From assembly GCF_039654945.1 (NCBI RefSeq), contig NW_027361798.1, positions 3,906,001 to 3,970,000 of the forward strand: a stretch of 64,000 bases of DNA. Direction: 5' to 3'. Each line of letters opens with the position of its first letter. Positions within the stretch are counted from its first letter, which is position 1. Below, piece after piece: positions 13,027-24,270 of this stretch. Below the pieces are notes generated by a model. That model was not told where the DNA came from and did no database searches. It worked only from the letters and a program-made list of their open reading frames with translations. This stretch comes from Dendrobates tinctorius (Eukaryota). Position numbers and translations under genes: made by a program.

Positions 13027-14382
13027 ATAATGCTTCAGGTAACCAAGCAAGGCTGGGATTATCGGCTCTGTGGTTGGATCGTCGCCCACACAGAGGATCC
13101 GGCCCGGTGATTGTACAGAGACTAATGTTGAGCATTCCGATACCGCAAGTATCGGGTATCGGCCGATATTCGCGGTATCGTAATTCCGATACTGAGTACC
13201 GATACTTTTAGCATATCGAATACCGGAATCGGAAGTTCCCATAATGCTATCAGCCCGCTCGCTTTGATTCAGCCAATGGGAATCCTCAGAAGTGTGGGCA
13301 CATCCTGTTAGGCATGTAGGCATGTTAACTAATGGCATGGCTGTGATTGGCTGTTGAAATGGTGTCATGATGCACTATAAAAGCCGCCCCCATTCTGGGT
13401 TCACTCTGCTGTGAATTCAGTTAGGGACAGGCTGCTGATCAAGACTGTGAGGGACAGTTAGAGATAGCGATTTGCTATATTGTGCTTTACCCAGGCTACT
13501 TTTGCAATCACCTGAGCTTTCTTTTGCCTTGCAGCGCTGTTCACAGCTGTCTGCAAGGTCTGCAGCTCACGGTGTAGTGTGTTCTGCAGCCACCTCTGGT
13601 TGTAGGCCGCTCAGCGTGCGTCACTGCCTCATACTGTATATGTTTTTTTTTTTTTATTGCTGCTCATTTTTCCTGATTTCTCCTATTAGTGTGCATCCAT
13701 CCGTATCCATATACATTGGTTGCAAACACTATAGGAGTAGACAGCGGAGCCTTTCTGCAGCCTGTCAGTGCTAGTGCCCAGTTCTCTGCACTGTTCACGG
13801 CTGTCTGTGAGGTCTCTGTGTGAGTGCAGCTCACGTTGTAGTGTGTTCTGCAGCCACCTCTGGTTGTAGTCCGCTCAGCGTGTGTCATTGCCTCATACAT
13901 AGTCCTTTCTTTGTTTTATTGCAGCTCATTTTTCCTGATTTTTTTCTCCTATTAGTGTGCTTCCATCCGTATCCATGTACATTGGTTGGTTGCAAACACT
14001 ATATAGGAGTAGATAGAGGAGCCTTTCTGTTGGCTTGTGCCCTGCAGCCGCAGCCAGATTAGTATTAGCCTATTTTTTGGAGCCTCATCTATTGCATTGT
14101 AGGTTACCTTCCTGCATTGTAATAGCTCCAAAAAGTTAGAGATACTATCACTTTCAAATCTTTGGTCACATCCTTTTTGTTTTTTTAAAAAAAAAAAACA
14201 CGTAAATAAAGTTCACCCAACACTCCACTTGACAGTTGTGTAGGCCACATTAGCTCCCATTAAAGTGTAGTCCACACACTTTATAAAATTAGTGTTTCTT
14301 ATACCTGTAACCAGCTGTTCAGGAATAAGCACACTAAGCCCCCCCTTTGTACTTTTCTGCCTGTCTTTATCAGTCTATCAAG

Positions 14383-17300
14383 ATGAAGAAGGCAGGGAGT
14401 AAGGCACGTGGTCGTGGGCGTGGAGTTTCAGCAGGGAGAGGACGTGGGGATTCTGCAGGGAGAGGACGTAGGGATTCTGTGCCTGCTGTTGGCACCAGTG
14501 AGTCAGCATCCCCCAGTTTTAGCAGTCAACAGTCCTTTATGCGCAGCTTTGTAGGACCTCGCCGTGCCCCACTGCTGCGGGAGGAACAAATTGAAGCAGT
14601 TGTTGGATGGATGGCAACTAACGCATCGAATTCAATGACTTCCACATCCTCTCAGGGCCAGAGCACCGAAGAGCAACCATCTGTCTCTTCACCACCTGCC
14701 AAAGTGCCCAGGCAGTCAGAGAGCCCTGGACAGGAGCCATCTCAATCTTTACTTCTGTTCTCAGAATCTGTTGGCTTGGAAAGAGGGGGCCAGCCAAGCA
14801 GCATTCAAGAATGTGAAGAAGAGGGAGTATGCAGTGATGCGCAACTGCTTTGTCCCTCAGAATCTGAAGAGGCGGGTGGGCCAGTGCCTATGGTCAGCAC
14901 ACCTCTGTACGCCTCACATGATGAGACTCAGGTGCCACTTTCTGTTGCGTACGGTGCTGGCGAGACTACCCAGGAGAAGCAGGTGTTTGAAAAGGGGAGT
15001 GTAGATAATGAGGTCCTTGACCCATCATGGCGTGAGGAACAGGAAGGTGGTGGGAGCAGCTCTGAGGAAGAGATTCCCCGAACGGCCAAGACAGGAGGGC
15101 AGGGGCAGACTTGGTTGCCTGTAGCCTCCACTTCGGCACCCGTTAGGAGCATTCCTCTTCCAAAACCCAAAACGTGCACTCCCAGGAATTGCAGTGCGTG
15201 GTCCTTTTTTGACACAGTTGTAGATGACATTTGCTTTGTCAAATGCAAGCTGTGTCATCAGAAAGTCAAAAGAGGGAAAAGTGTCAGCAATCTCAATACC
15301 ACAAAAATGTGGAAACATGTGCGGACCAAGCACGAGGTGGAGTTACACAGACACACTGAAGACGTAGGCCAACGTACAGCACCACCTACCACCTCTTCAG
15401 CTCGTGTTGGGGCCTCTTCCTCCAGCTCACACACAGCTGGTTCAGCTTCCTCACAGGATCGCCAAGGAAGAACCTCTGGCACTGTTGTCCGGAGACCCTG
15501 TGACATTCCATCCACAGCACCACGTTCCCTGTCATCCTCACTCCCAGGCCACTCTACAGCCATCGGTCGCACAAGCATGGGAGAAAAGGTGGCCATACTC
15601 GGCAAACCATCCCCGAGCACAGGCTCTGAATGCTGGCATTGCCAAACTACTGGCCCTTGAAATGCTCTCATTCAGGCTAGTGGAGACTGACACCTTCCGG
15701 GACTTCATGGCATTGGCAGTCCCACAATACACCGTGCCCAGCCGCTTTTATTTCAGCAGGCGAGCCGTCCCTGCCCTGCAAAAGCATGTGGAGGCAAACA
15801 TAAAACATGCGATACTAAACGCCGTCAGTAGCAAGGTCCACCTGACCACCGATGCGTGGACCAGTAGCCATGGACAGGGACGATACCTTTCCCTCACTGC
15901 CCATTGGGTCAATGTTGTGGAGCCAGGTACAGATCTGGAGAGTGGCGCTCTACGTATTTTGCCAACTCCACGGATTGCAGGACTCCAGTCTGTACACATT
16001 GACTCCTACTCCTACTCAAGTTCCTCTGAAACAGCGCAGCAGGAGCCTGTTACGACCGATATGAGAACAGCCGTGGCCAAACGTCAACAGGCCGTACTGA
16101 AATTAATCTCTTTGGGGAATCGAAGCCACACAGCGCAGGAGCTCTGGAATGCCATCAAGCAGGAGAGCGACGTGTGGTTTGTGCCAGCGAATCTCCAGCC
16201 AGACTTGGTAGTGTGTGACAATGGCCGAAATCTGGTGGCAGCTCTGGGCCTAGGCAACCTCACTCACATCCCATGTCTGGCACATGTGCTGAACTTGGTC
16301 GTGCAGAGCTTTCTGAGGGACTATCCGGATCTTGATGCACTGCTGCACTAGGTCCGCAAAGAGTGCAGTGCGCTCACTTGCGTCGTTCCAGCATGGCAAG
16401 ATCGCGCCTTGCTGCTCTGCAGCGACGATTACGCCTTCCGGAACATCGCATCATATGTGACCTACCCACCAGGTGGAATTCAACGTTACATATGTTGGAG
16501 CGGTTGTGTGAGCAGCAGGCAGCAGTCATGGAGTACCAGCTGCATCAGCCGCAAACAAGTCGCACTGTGCGCCGGTCACACTTCAGCACCACTGAGTGGG
16601 CCTCTATGAAGGACATCTGCCCCATTTTGCGTGCCTTCGCTGACTCCACGCGGATGGCCAGTGCAGATGATGCACTAATCAGCATGACTGTCCCCCTTAT
16701 CTGCATGCTTCAAAAAACACCGCAAGCACTAAGGGAGGAGGTTTTGGAAGAGGTGGAGGATGAGGAGTCCCAAATGCCATCTGCTTCTGGACAGTCTGCA
16801 CTACGTGCTTCCTCACAAAGGCCTAGGCAGGGGACACAGTGTGAGGAGGATGAGGAGGAGTCGATGGAGGAGGAAGACATCTCTCCACAGGAGGGAGGTA
16901 CACAAAGCTCTAGTCAGTATGTACAGCGAGGGTGGGGTGATGCAGAGCAGGCACAGATGACGACTCAAGCAGGGGACAGAGGTTCTTGGGCAGTTGGGAG
17001 TCTGCAGCACATGGTTGATTTCATGCTGCAATGCCTGAGAAACGACCGCCGCATCGCCCACATTCTCTACTCGGCTGATTATTGGGTGTACACCCTCCTA
17101 GATCCTCGCTACCGGGACAACTTACAAAGCCTCATAGCACCGTTGAACCGGGAGCGTAAAATGCGGGCGTACCAAGACACACTGGTGCAGTCCATCGTGT
17201 TCTCCATTCCACCCGACAGCAGTGGTGCTAGTGCTTTACAAAGCAGCTCTGTGCGTCGAGGCAGTGGAGGAAGCTCTACACAGAGGGAGCAGAGGCAGCG

Positions 17301-17707
17301 CCTCAGCACAAGGCAAGACCAGTATGGCCCAAATGTGGCAAAGTTTTGAGTGCCCGCCACAAATGTCTACACCATCACAGACGGCTCCAGTCAGCAGGAG
17401 GCAACGTTTTCGTCAGATGGTGACAGACTACATGTCTTGCCCTGTCAGTGTACTCCCAGACGGCTCTTCCCCCGTCAATTTTTGGGTCTCTAAGCTGGAT
17501 ACATGGCCAGAGCTTAGCCAGTATGCATTGGAGGTGCTGGCTTGCCCTGCTGCTAGAGTATTATCGAAACGCGTCTTTAGTGCAGCAGGTGGTGTACTAA
17601 CAGATCGTCGCACGTGACTATCCTTCGATAACGTTGGCCGGCTTACTTTTCTGAAAATGAACAAGGCCTGGATCTCACCGGAATTTGCCAGTCCTCTTCC
17701 AGAATAA
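14383..17707 (+). pseudogene. hAT transposase (BED zinc finger, DDE, dimerisation domain), disrupted
   Basis: Motifs: WSFF...CKLC...WKHVRTKH, TTDAWT, VCDNGRN, CLAHVLNL, PTRWNST, PAARVLSKRVFS. Several frameshifts and stops. Confidence 0.92.
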
Positions 17708-17905
17708 ATAATTAGTTGGCAACAGTATCCGGGTCTCCTGTTGTGTTCATGTTTCTACCACCTGAACTGTAATCCCTGGGCTCCAACGCAGCCAGTTGTT
17801 GCTCAGAAGTGCCGTCTGCACAGAGAAAAACACTAGCTCCTGTGTTATTGGGGTTCAGTAACGCCAGCTGCTCCCCTGCTGTGTATCCGGCAATATCTCA
17901 TGCTC

Positions 17906-18256
17906 TGTTGTGAGCTCATTATCTTGTTCGCCTGTGTCTCAGCGCCGACGTCTACGGCTTTACCTGCCGCTGCGCTGCACTAACCGCAGCTACTCTTGGT
18001 CGCTGTCGCGACGCCACACGCAGGCCTCTGTGACATTAACTGAGCCGAGTCTCGGCATCACATTGTTCCTTGCGACTCTGTGCCAGAACAGAGCCGTCCT
18101 TAGCGTTCGGGTGACGTTAACCCGAGCGCAGCACCTCATTGATTAAGTGCATCTGCCATTGTTCAGCAGCGGTCTTCTCACCTACCGCACGGTGGACTCC
18201 GGGCGGCGAACGCACCTCCTGTTATTTTATATTTGGTGCGTTCCGCCGTCCTAACA
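17906..18256 (+). mobile_element. Chimeric LTR fragment: ~27 bp of the family-A LTR start fused to the U5 end of a family-C LTR
   Basis: TGTTGTGAGCTCATT matches 18439. About 17931-18256 is the reverse complement of about 52510-52835 and ends ...CTAACA. Confidence 0.8.
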
Positions 18257-19407
18257 ATCAGATTTTACACTTGCTCCAAGTAGGCCTCAGCCTACTCCAT
18301 GATTGACCCTGGGCTCCAACACTGCCAGTTGCTGCTCAGAAGTGCCATCTGCACAGAGAAAAACACTAGCTCCTGTGTTAGTGGGGTTCAATAACGCCAG
18401 CTGCTCCCCTGCTGTGTGTCCGGCAACATCTCCTGCTCTGTTGTGAGCTCATTTTCTCGTTCACCTTTGATGTCCGATGAACTCCCTCTGCTGGTGAAAG
18501 GAGGTGGTGAAACTGATTTGGATGGGAGAAACCTGTCACCTGAACAGGTGGATTGCGATTGGACATCCGGAATCTCTGAGTGGATATAAGGCAGCCGACA
18601 CCCTGTAGGGTTGCTGGTGATTTCTCTGCTCTGAGCTCTGGCCTCCAGTTCAGTTCCTGTCTTCTAAAGCTAAGTTTTGCTCTGTTATCGTTCCATGAGA
18701 TTTTGTCTGATTTGCTTAGTTTTTTGTTCTGACAGCCCCAGCTGGGGCTCTGCTGAATTTCCATTTTTGTCCCTGATCGGTTAAATCTCTTTTGCTCTGT
18801 CTTCAGAATATATCGGAGTGCTGATATAGGGATTTTGAAGTCTAGTGACTTCAGGGCCGTTTTTCCTATCAGACGTGTTGGGAAATTTTTGGTAGGGTTT
18901 TTGCAGATTGCAGCCAGCATCTTTTCTGTCCTTTCCTATCTAGTTAGTTGGACCCCATCGTTTGCTCTGTCTGTCTTTCTGTCTGTGTTAGTGTTTTCAT
19001 CTGTTTTCACCGACAATACATGATGGGGGCTGTCTATTGCTTTGGGGTCTGCTCTGGGGCAGTTTAGATTTCCCTTTTCTTTCTTTAGGCTTATTTAGCT
19101 CTCTGGCTGTGACGAGGTGTCTAGGATCACCGTAGGAACCCCCTACGGCTACTGTTGTGTGAATAGGATCAGGGGTCTGCAATCCGTTAGCTACCAACCT
19201 CTCCGGTTTTATGGACTTGACTTGCATTTTTGTTTTTTCCTCCTCCGGTGATTCATTCATAACAGAATCACCAGCCATACCGCAGATTCTAGGGTACTCA
19301 ATAGCAGAAAGGAATTGTAAAAAAAAAACAAAAAGTGTCAGAATTTTTTTTTTTTCTTTTGTATATTTTTTCCTCTTTTTCTCTGGGGCCGTAGGAGGAA
19401 TTTTTTC

Positions 19408-20187
19408 TTGATGGAGATTAAGCAATTGTCTGATTGTATGGAGCAGTTCGCTGCTGAAGTGCGGGGAATTTCCTCCAATCTCGCTCATTCACACGCTGCT
19501 GAACCAAAGATCCCTACTCCTGATGTGTTTTTTGGGGATCGGTCTAAATTTTTGAATTTTAAGAATAATTGTAAATTATTTCTTGCCTTGCAGCCTAACT
19601 CATCGGGGAGCTCTGCACAGCAGGTTAAAATTGTCATCTCTTTGCTGCGCGGCGATCCCCAGGATTGGGCGTTTTCTTTGACACCTGATGATTCTATTCT
19701 AACTAATGTGGACGCATTTTTTCAAGCCTTGGGGTTGTTGTATGATGAACCTAATGCTATTGATCAAGCTGAAAAAGCCCTGTTGGCATTGAGCCAGGGT
19801 CAGGATTCTGCAGAGTTGTACTGTCAAAAATTCCGAAAGTGGGCGGTCCTTACTACCTGGAATGATAATGCATTGGCAGCTCTCTTTCAGAAGGGTTTGT
19901 CAGAAACCATAAAAGATACTATGGTGGGATTTCCTGTTCCCTCTGGTCTTGACGATTCTATGTCATTAGCCATTCAGGTGGATCGGCGTTTATGTGAACG
20001 TAAAATTACACGAGAAATGTTGCCACCTGTTGAACAAATGTCTGAACCTATGCAATGTGATAGAGTTTTGCCTGGGGCGCAGCGTCAGGAGTTCAGAAGG
20101 CGTAATAAGCTGTGTTTTTTCTGTGGAGACGCCTCTCATAATATTTCTGTCTGCCATAAACGAGAGAAACGCTTTGCACACACATTT
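19408..20187 (+). pseudogene. Gypsy gag (capsid plus CCHC knuckle), interrupted by element B
   Basis: PKIPTPDVFFGDRSKF, LSQGQDSAELYCQKF, CFFCGDASHNISVC. Confidence 0.88.
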
Positions 20188-22167
20188 TGTTATGGTCGGC
20201 GGAACGCAACAGATATAAAATAATAAGAGGTGCGTTCGCCGCCCGGGGTCCACCGTGCGGTAGTTGATAAGACCGCTGCTGGGCAATGGCAGATGCACCA
20301 GAAGGTGAAGTAGTGCGCACGGGTTAACGTCACCTGAACGCTAGGAGCGGCTCTGTTCAGACACAGAGTCGCTTGCCAGAAATATATACAAAGGTGCTTG
20401 CCCTGTTATCGTCACAGGAGTCAGCGTGTGGCGTCGCAGCCGCGAACACCAATAGCTGCTGTTAATGCAGCGCAGCGGCAACTATAGCCGCAAGCGTCGG
20501 CGCCGAGGACCGGGCACCGACGGACGCTAGTGTAGGCGAAGCAGCACTGTGGCGTAGCTTGCCTCTACCTGGTGCTGACCTAAGAACACTCTCTGTCACC
20601 AATCGTATTATCCAAGGGAAGGGGTTTCATAATGAGTCAGCCACCAGTCCATGCATCCATCACCATTCACACACATAGCAAGATAAGTCTACACTAGCGC
20701 ATCGTCGAGCCGCCCTGCGGGCTTTTTATAGCGATGCGCTTCCGGAACCTTCCATTAGCTTGGGAAGGACCAATCAGATCCGACGCAGGACCTGAGCATG
20801 TGACCCCTGCTCTCCAGTGAGAGGTCAAGTTGCGGGCATGCCCAGTAGCACGGCATGAGGACTTAGCCTCAGGAGCGGTTCCCTGCAAAGCAGGTTGCGC
20901 TGTTATTACTGCACCAGAGGTGGCAGCAACGTCCAGGCTGCCAGAGCGAGTCTGAGCAGTAAGCCTGGCTCGCTGTGTTTGCTGAGCAACACCCGGAGCG
21001 GTTGAAGAAGAATGGGAGACCGCAGCATGTCTGGCTCTGGATTCCTGCTGTGCAGTGCCAGGAATCCGACGCCCAACATTACCCCCCGCCCCCCGCCCCA
21101 CCGCGCTCAAAAGCAGCGATCAGGAGCGGTGCATGAATGTTCTCCACCGGCTCCCAGGTCCGAGCCTCAGGACCTTGACCCTTCCAGTCCACCAAATAAA
21201 ACTATTTGCCACGGACAAGCCTGCGCCCCACGATGGCATTAACCTCAAACCCGTCAGACGATAAGTCTGATGACCCGGTGGATGGTTCAGAAAACCGGAC
21301 TATGTGAACTGGTTTGAGGAGGGACACATGAAACATGTCCGATATGGCCAAATGTGGAGGAAGAGCCAGGCGGTAGACCACTGAGCTAAGTCGCTCGAGG
21401 ACCTTGAACAGTCCAATGTAACGTGGTGCGAATTTGGGAGACTCGACCCGCAGTTTGATATTCCGGGTGGAGAGCCACACCATGTCACCAGGGGAGAAGC
21501 TTGGTGCGTGTCGGCGGACGCCCTCATCCTTTCTTTAGATGCCCGGATAGCATCCTGCGTGCGATCCCAAATGTCCCGGCCCTCCACTGCCCAGTCTGCC
21601 ACCCTGGAGTCAGCGGAGGACACCGGCATTGGGACAGGGACGCGAGGGTGTTGACCATAATTTAGGAGAAAAGGCGTCTGACCAGTGGAATCGGCCACCG
21701 CATTGTTTAGGGCAAACTCAGCCCAAGGCAGCAAGGATGCCCAGTCATCCTGCCTGGCAGAGACAAAATGTCGTAGATAGGTGACCAAGGTCTGATTGGC
21801 CCTTTCGACAAAGCCATTCGTCTCGGGATGGTAGGCGGAAGACAGATTTAGCTCGATGCTGAGTAAGCTGCAGAGCTCCCTCCAAAACCGAGACGCAAAC
21901 TGCGGACCTCGGTCACTTACGATTTTGTCCGGCATACCATGTAAACGGAATACATGCTTAATGAACAGGACGGCCAGACCTCGGGCGGAGGGTAGGCGTG
22001 CGAGTGGCACCAGATGTGCCATTTTGGAAAAATGGTCGGTAACCACCCAGATGACCGTACTGCCACTGGACTTGGGCAGGCCAACTATAAAGTCAATGCC
22101 CACCATTTCCCATGGTCTATCCGCTACTGGCAGGGGAAACAAGAGCCCCGCCGGCCTCTGTCTAGAG

Positions 22168-24270
22168 CAGTGGTCCCCAACCCTTTTTGCACCAGGGACC
22201 GGCTTGAACCAAGACCATTCTTCCATGGCCCGGCAGGGCGGGGATGGAGGTGTGACAGGGGCGGGGCTTTGGTCATAAGGGGGCGGGGCTATGGACGCGG
22301 TTGTAGTTTAGCCGTGCATATTTATCATTTAATTATAACATTTTTAATGTGACTCAACTCACCATAGGTTTTGAATGAGTGGGAGCACCTGACTTGTTTC
22401 TGTTTCAGTGGGAGCACCGGGCTACTTCTACTGATGACCGTCACTGCTAATGATGATTGGAACCTACAAGGAAATGGAGCATTGAGCACTTAAGAACAAT
22501 TGTACTGGAGTACTGTACATGCTGATTATTTTCTAATCATCAGAAAATGTATGTGTGGTCCCCCCCGTCCAGCTCTGTGTGGCTCCCCTGTCCCATCCTG
22601 TATACATGGCTCTGCTCCCACTCTCCCATCCTGTATACATGGCTCCGCTCCCATCCTCCCATCCTGTATGCATGGCTCTGCTCCCACTCTTCTATCCTGT
22701 ATACATGGCTCCCCTGTCCCATCCTGTATGCATGGCTCCGCTCCCACTCTCCCGGCCTCCCTTGTATATATGGCTCAGCTCCCAGTCTCCCTCCCTCGTA
22801 TATATGGCTCTGCTCCCATTCTCCCTCCCCTGTGTATATGGCTCCGCTCCCACTCTCCCTCCCTTGTATATATGGCTCCGTTCCCAGTCTCCCTCGCTTG
22901 TATATATGGCTCTGCTCCCACTCTCCCTCCCCTGTGTATATGGCTCCGCTCTCATTCTCCCTCCCCTGTGTATATGGCTCCGCTCCCATTCTCCCTCCCC
23001 TGTGTATATGGCTCCGCTCCCAGTCTCCCTCCTGTGTATATGGCTCCGCTCCCATTCTCCCTCCCCTGTATATATGGCTCCGCTCCCAGTCTCCCTCCCC
23101 TGTGTATATGGCCCGCTCCCAGTCTCCCTCCCTTGTATATGGCTCCGCTCCCACCCTCCCTCCCTTGTATATATGGCTCCGCTCCCACTCTCCCTCCCCT
23201 GTGTATATGGCTCCGCTCCCAGTCTCCCTCCCCTGTGTATATGGCTCCGCTCCCAGTCTCCCTCCCCTGTGTATATGGCTCCACTCCCAGTCTCCCTCCC
23301 CTGTGTATATGGCTCCGCTCCCAGTCTCCCTCCCCTGTGTATATGGCTCCGCTCTCATTCTCCCTCCCCTGTGTATACGGCTCCACTCCCATTCTCCCTC
23401 CCTTGTATATATGGCTCCGCTCCCATTCTCCCTCCCCTGTGTATATGGCTCCGCTCCCAGTCTCCCTCCCCTGTGTATATGGCTCTGCTCCCATTCTCCC
23501 TCCCTTGTATATATGGCTCCGCTCCCAGTCTCCCTCCCCTGTATATATGGCTCCGCTCCCAGTCTCCCTCCCCTGTGTATATGGCTCTGCTCCCAGTCTC
23601 CCTCCCCTGTGTATATGGCTCCGCTCCCATTCTCCCTCCCCTGTGTATATGGCTCCGCTCCCATTCTCCCTCCCCTGTGTATACGGCTCCGCTCCCATTC
23701 TCCCTCCCCTGTGTATATGGCTCCGCTCCCATTCTCCCTCCCCTGTGTATATGGCTCCGCTCCCACTCTCCCTCCCCTGTGTATATGGCTCCGCTCCCAC
23801 TCTCCCTCCCCTGTGTATATGGCTCCGCTCCCACTCTCCCTCCCCTGTGTATATGGCTCCGCTCCCACTCTCTCTCCCTTATATTTATGGCTCCGCTTGG
23901 CTCCCCCATCCTCCCCATCATACTTACCCTCACGTCGCTGAACTTCCTTCCCGTCGCTGCACGTCCCTGCATCTCGCGACGCTTCAGCTTCTTCCTGTGC
24001 GGAGCGGTCACGTGCTACCGCTCATTAAGGTCCATGAATATGGACGCCACGCCTATGGGAGATGAGTGGCGTCCATATTCATGACCTTAAATGAGCGGTA
24101 GCACGTGACCGCTCAGCGCTGGATGAAGCCGCCGCTGGATGAAGCCGCCGCGGGATGCAGGGTGAGTATCAGCTGCTGCACCGCCCCCCGGCTCCCCTTG
24201 TGTCCGCGGACCGGCAAGGGCACTGCAACGGCCCGGTGCTGGGCCGCGGACCGGCGGTTGGGGACCCCTG
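22168..24270. mobile_element. Non-autonomous hAT (Charlie-like) element
   Basis: TIRs CAGTGGTCCCCAACC and GGTTGGGGACCCCTG; 8-bp TSD GTCTAGAG at 22160 and 24271; the empty site is visible in element C near 49454. Confidence 0.95.
22580..23900 (+). repeat. 34-bp minisatellite (TATATGGCTCCGCTCCCATTCTCCCTCCCCTGTG) inside the hAT
   Basis: Tandem copies with period 34. Confidence 0.95.

Larger units (their letters stand above)
13123..18438 (+). mobile_element. hAT DNA transposon copy 1 (right end not found)
   Basis: Left terminus TAATGTTGAGC with CCGATA subterminal repeats, a BED-finger transposase, and the start of the ~200-bp 3' repeats. Confidence 0.9.

Noticed and set aside
18180-18256. HDV-like ribozyme in the LTR U5 (GGCGAAC motif)
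   Set aside because: I could not build the nested double pseudoknot; a simple terminal hairpin explains the motif.
22500-24084. Repetitive 440-520-aa ORFs in many frames
   Set aside because: They are translations of the 34-bp minisatellite inside a non-autonomous transposon.
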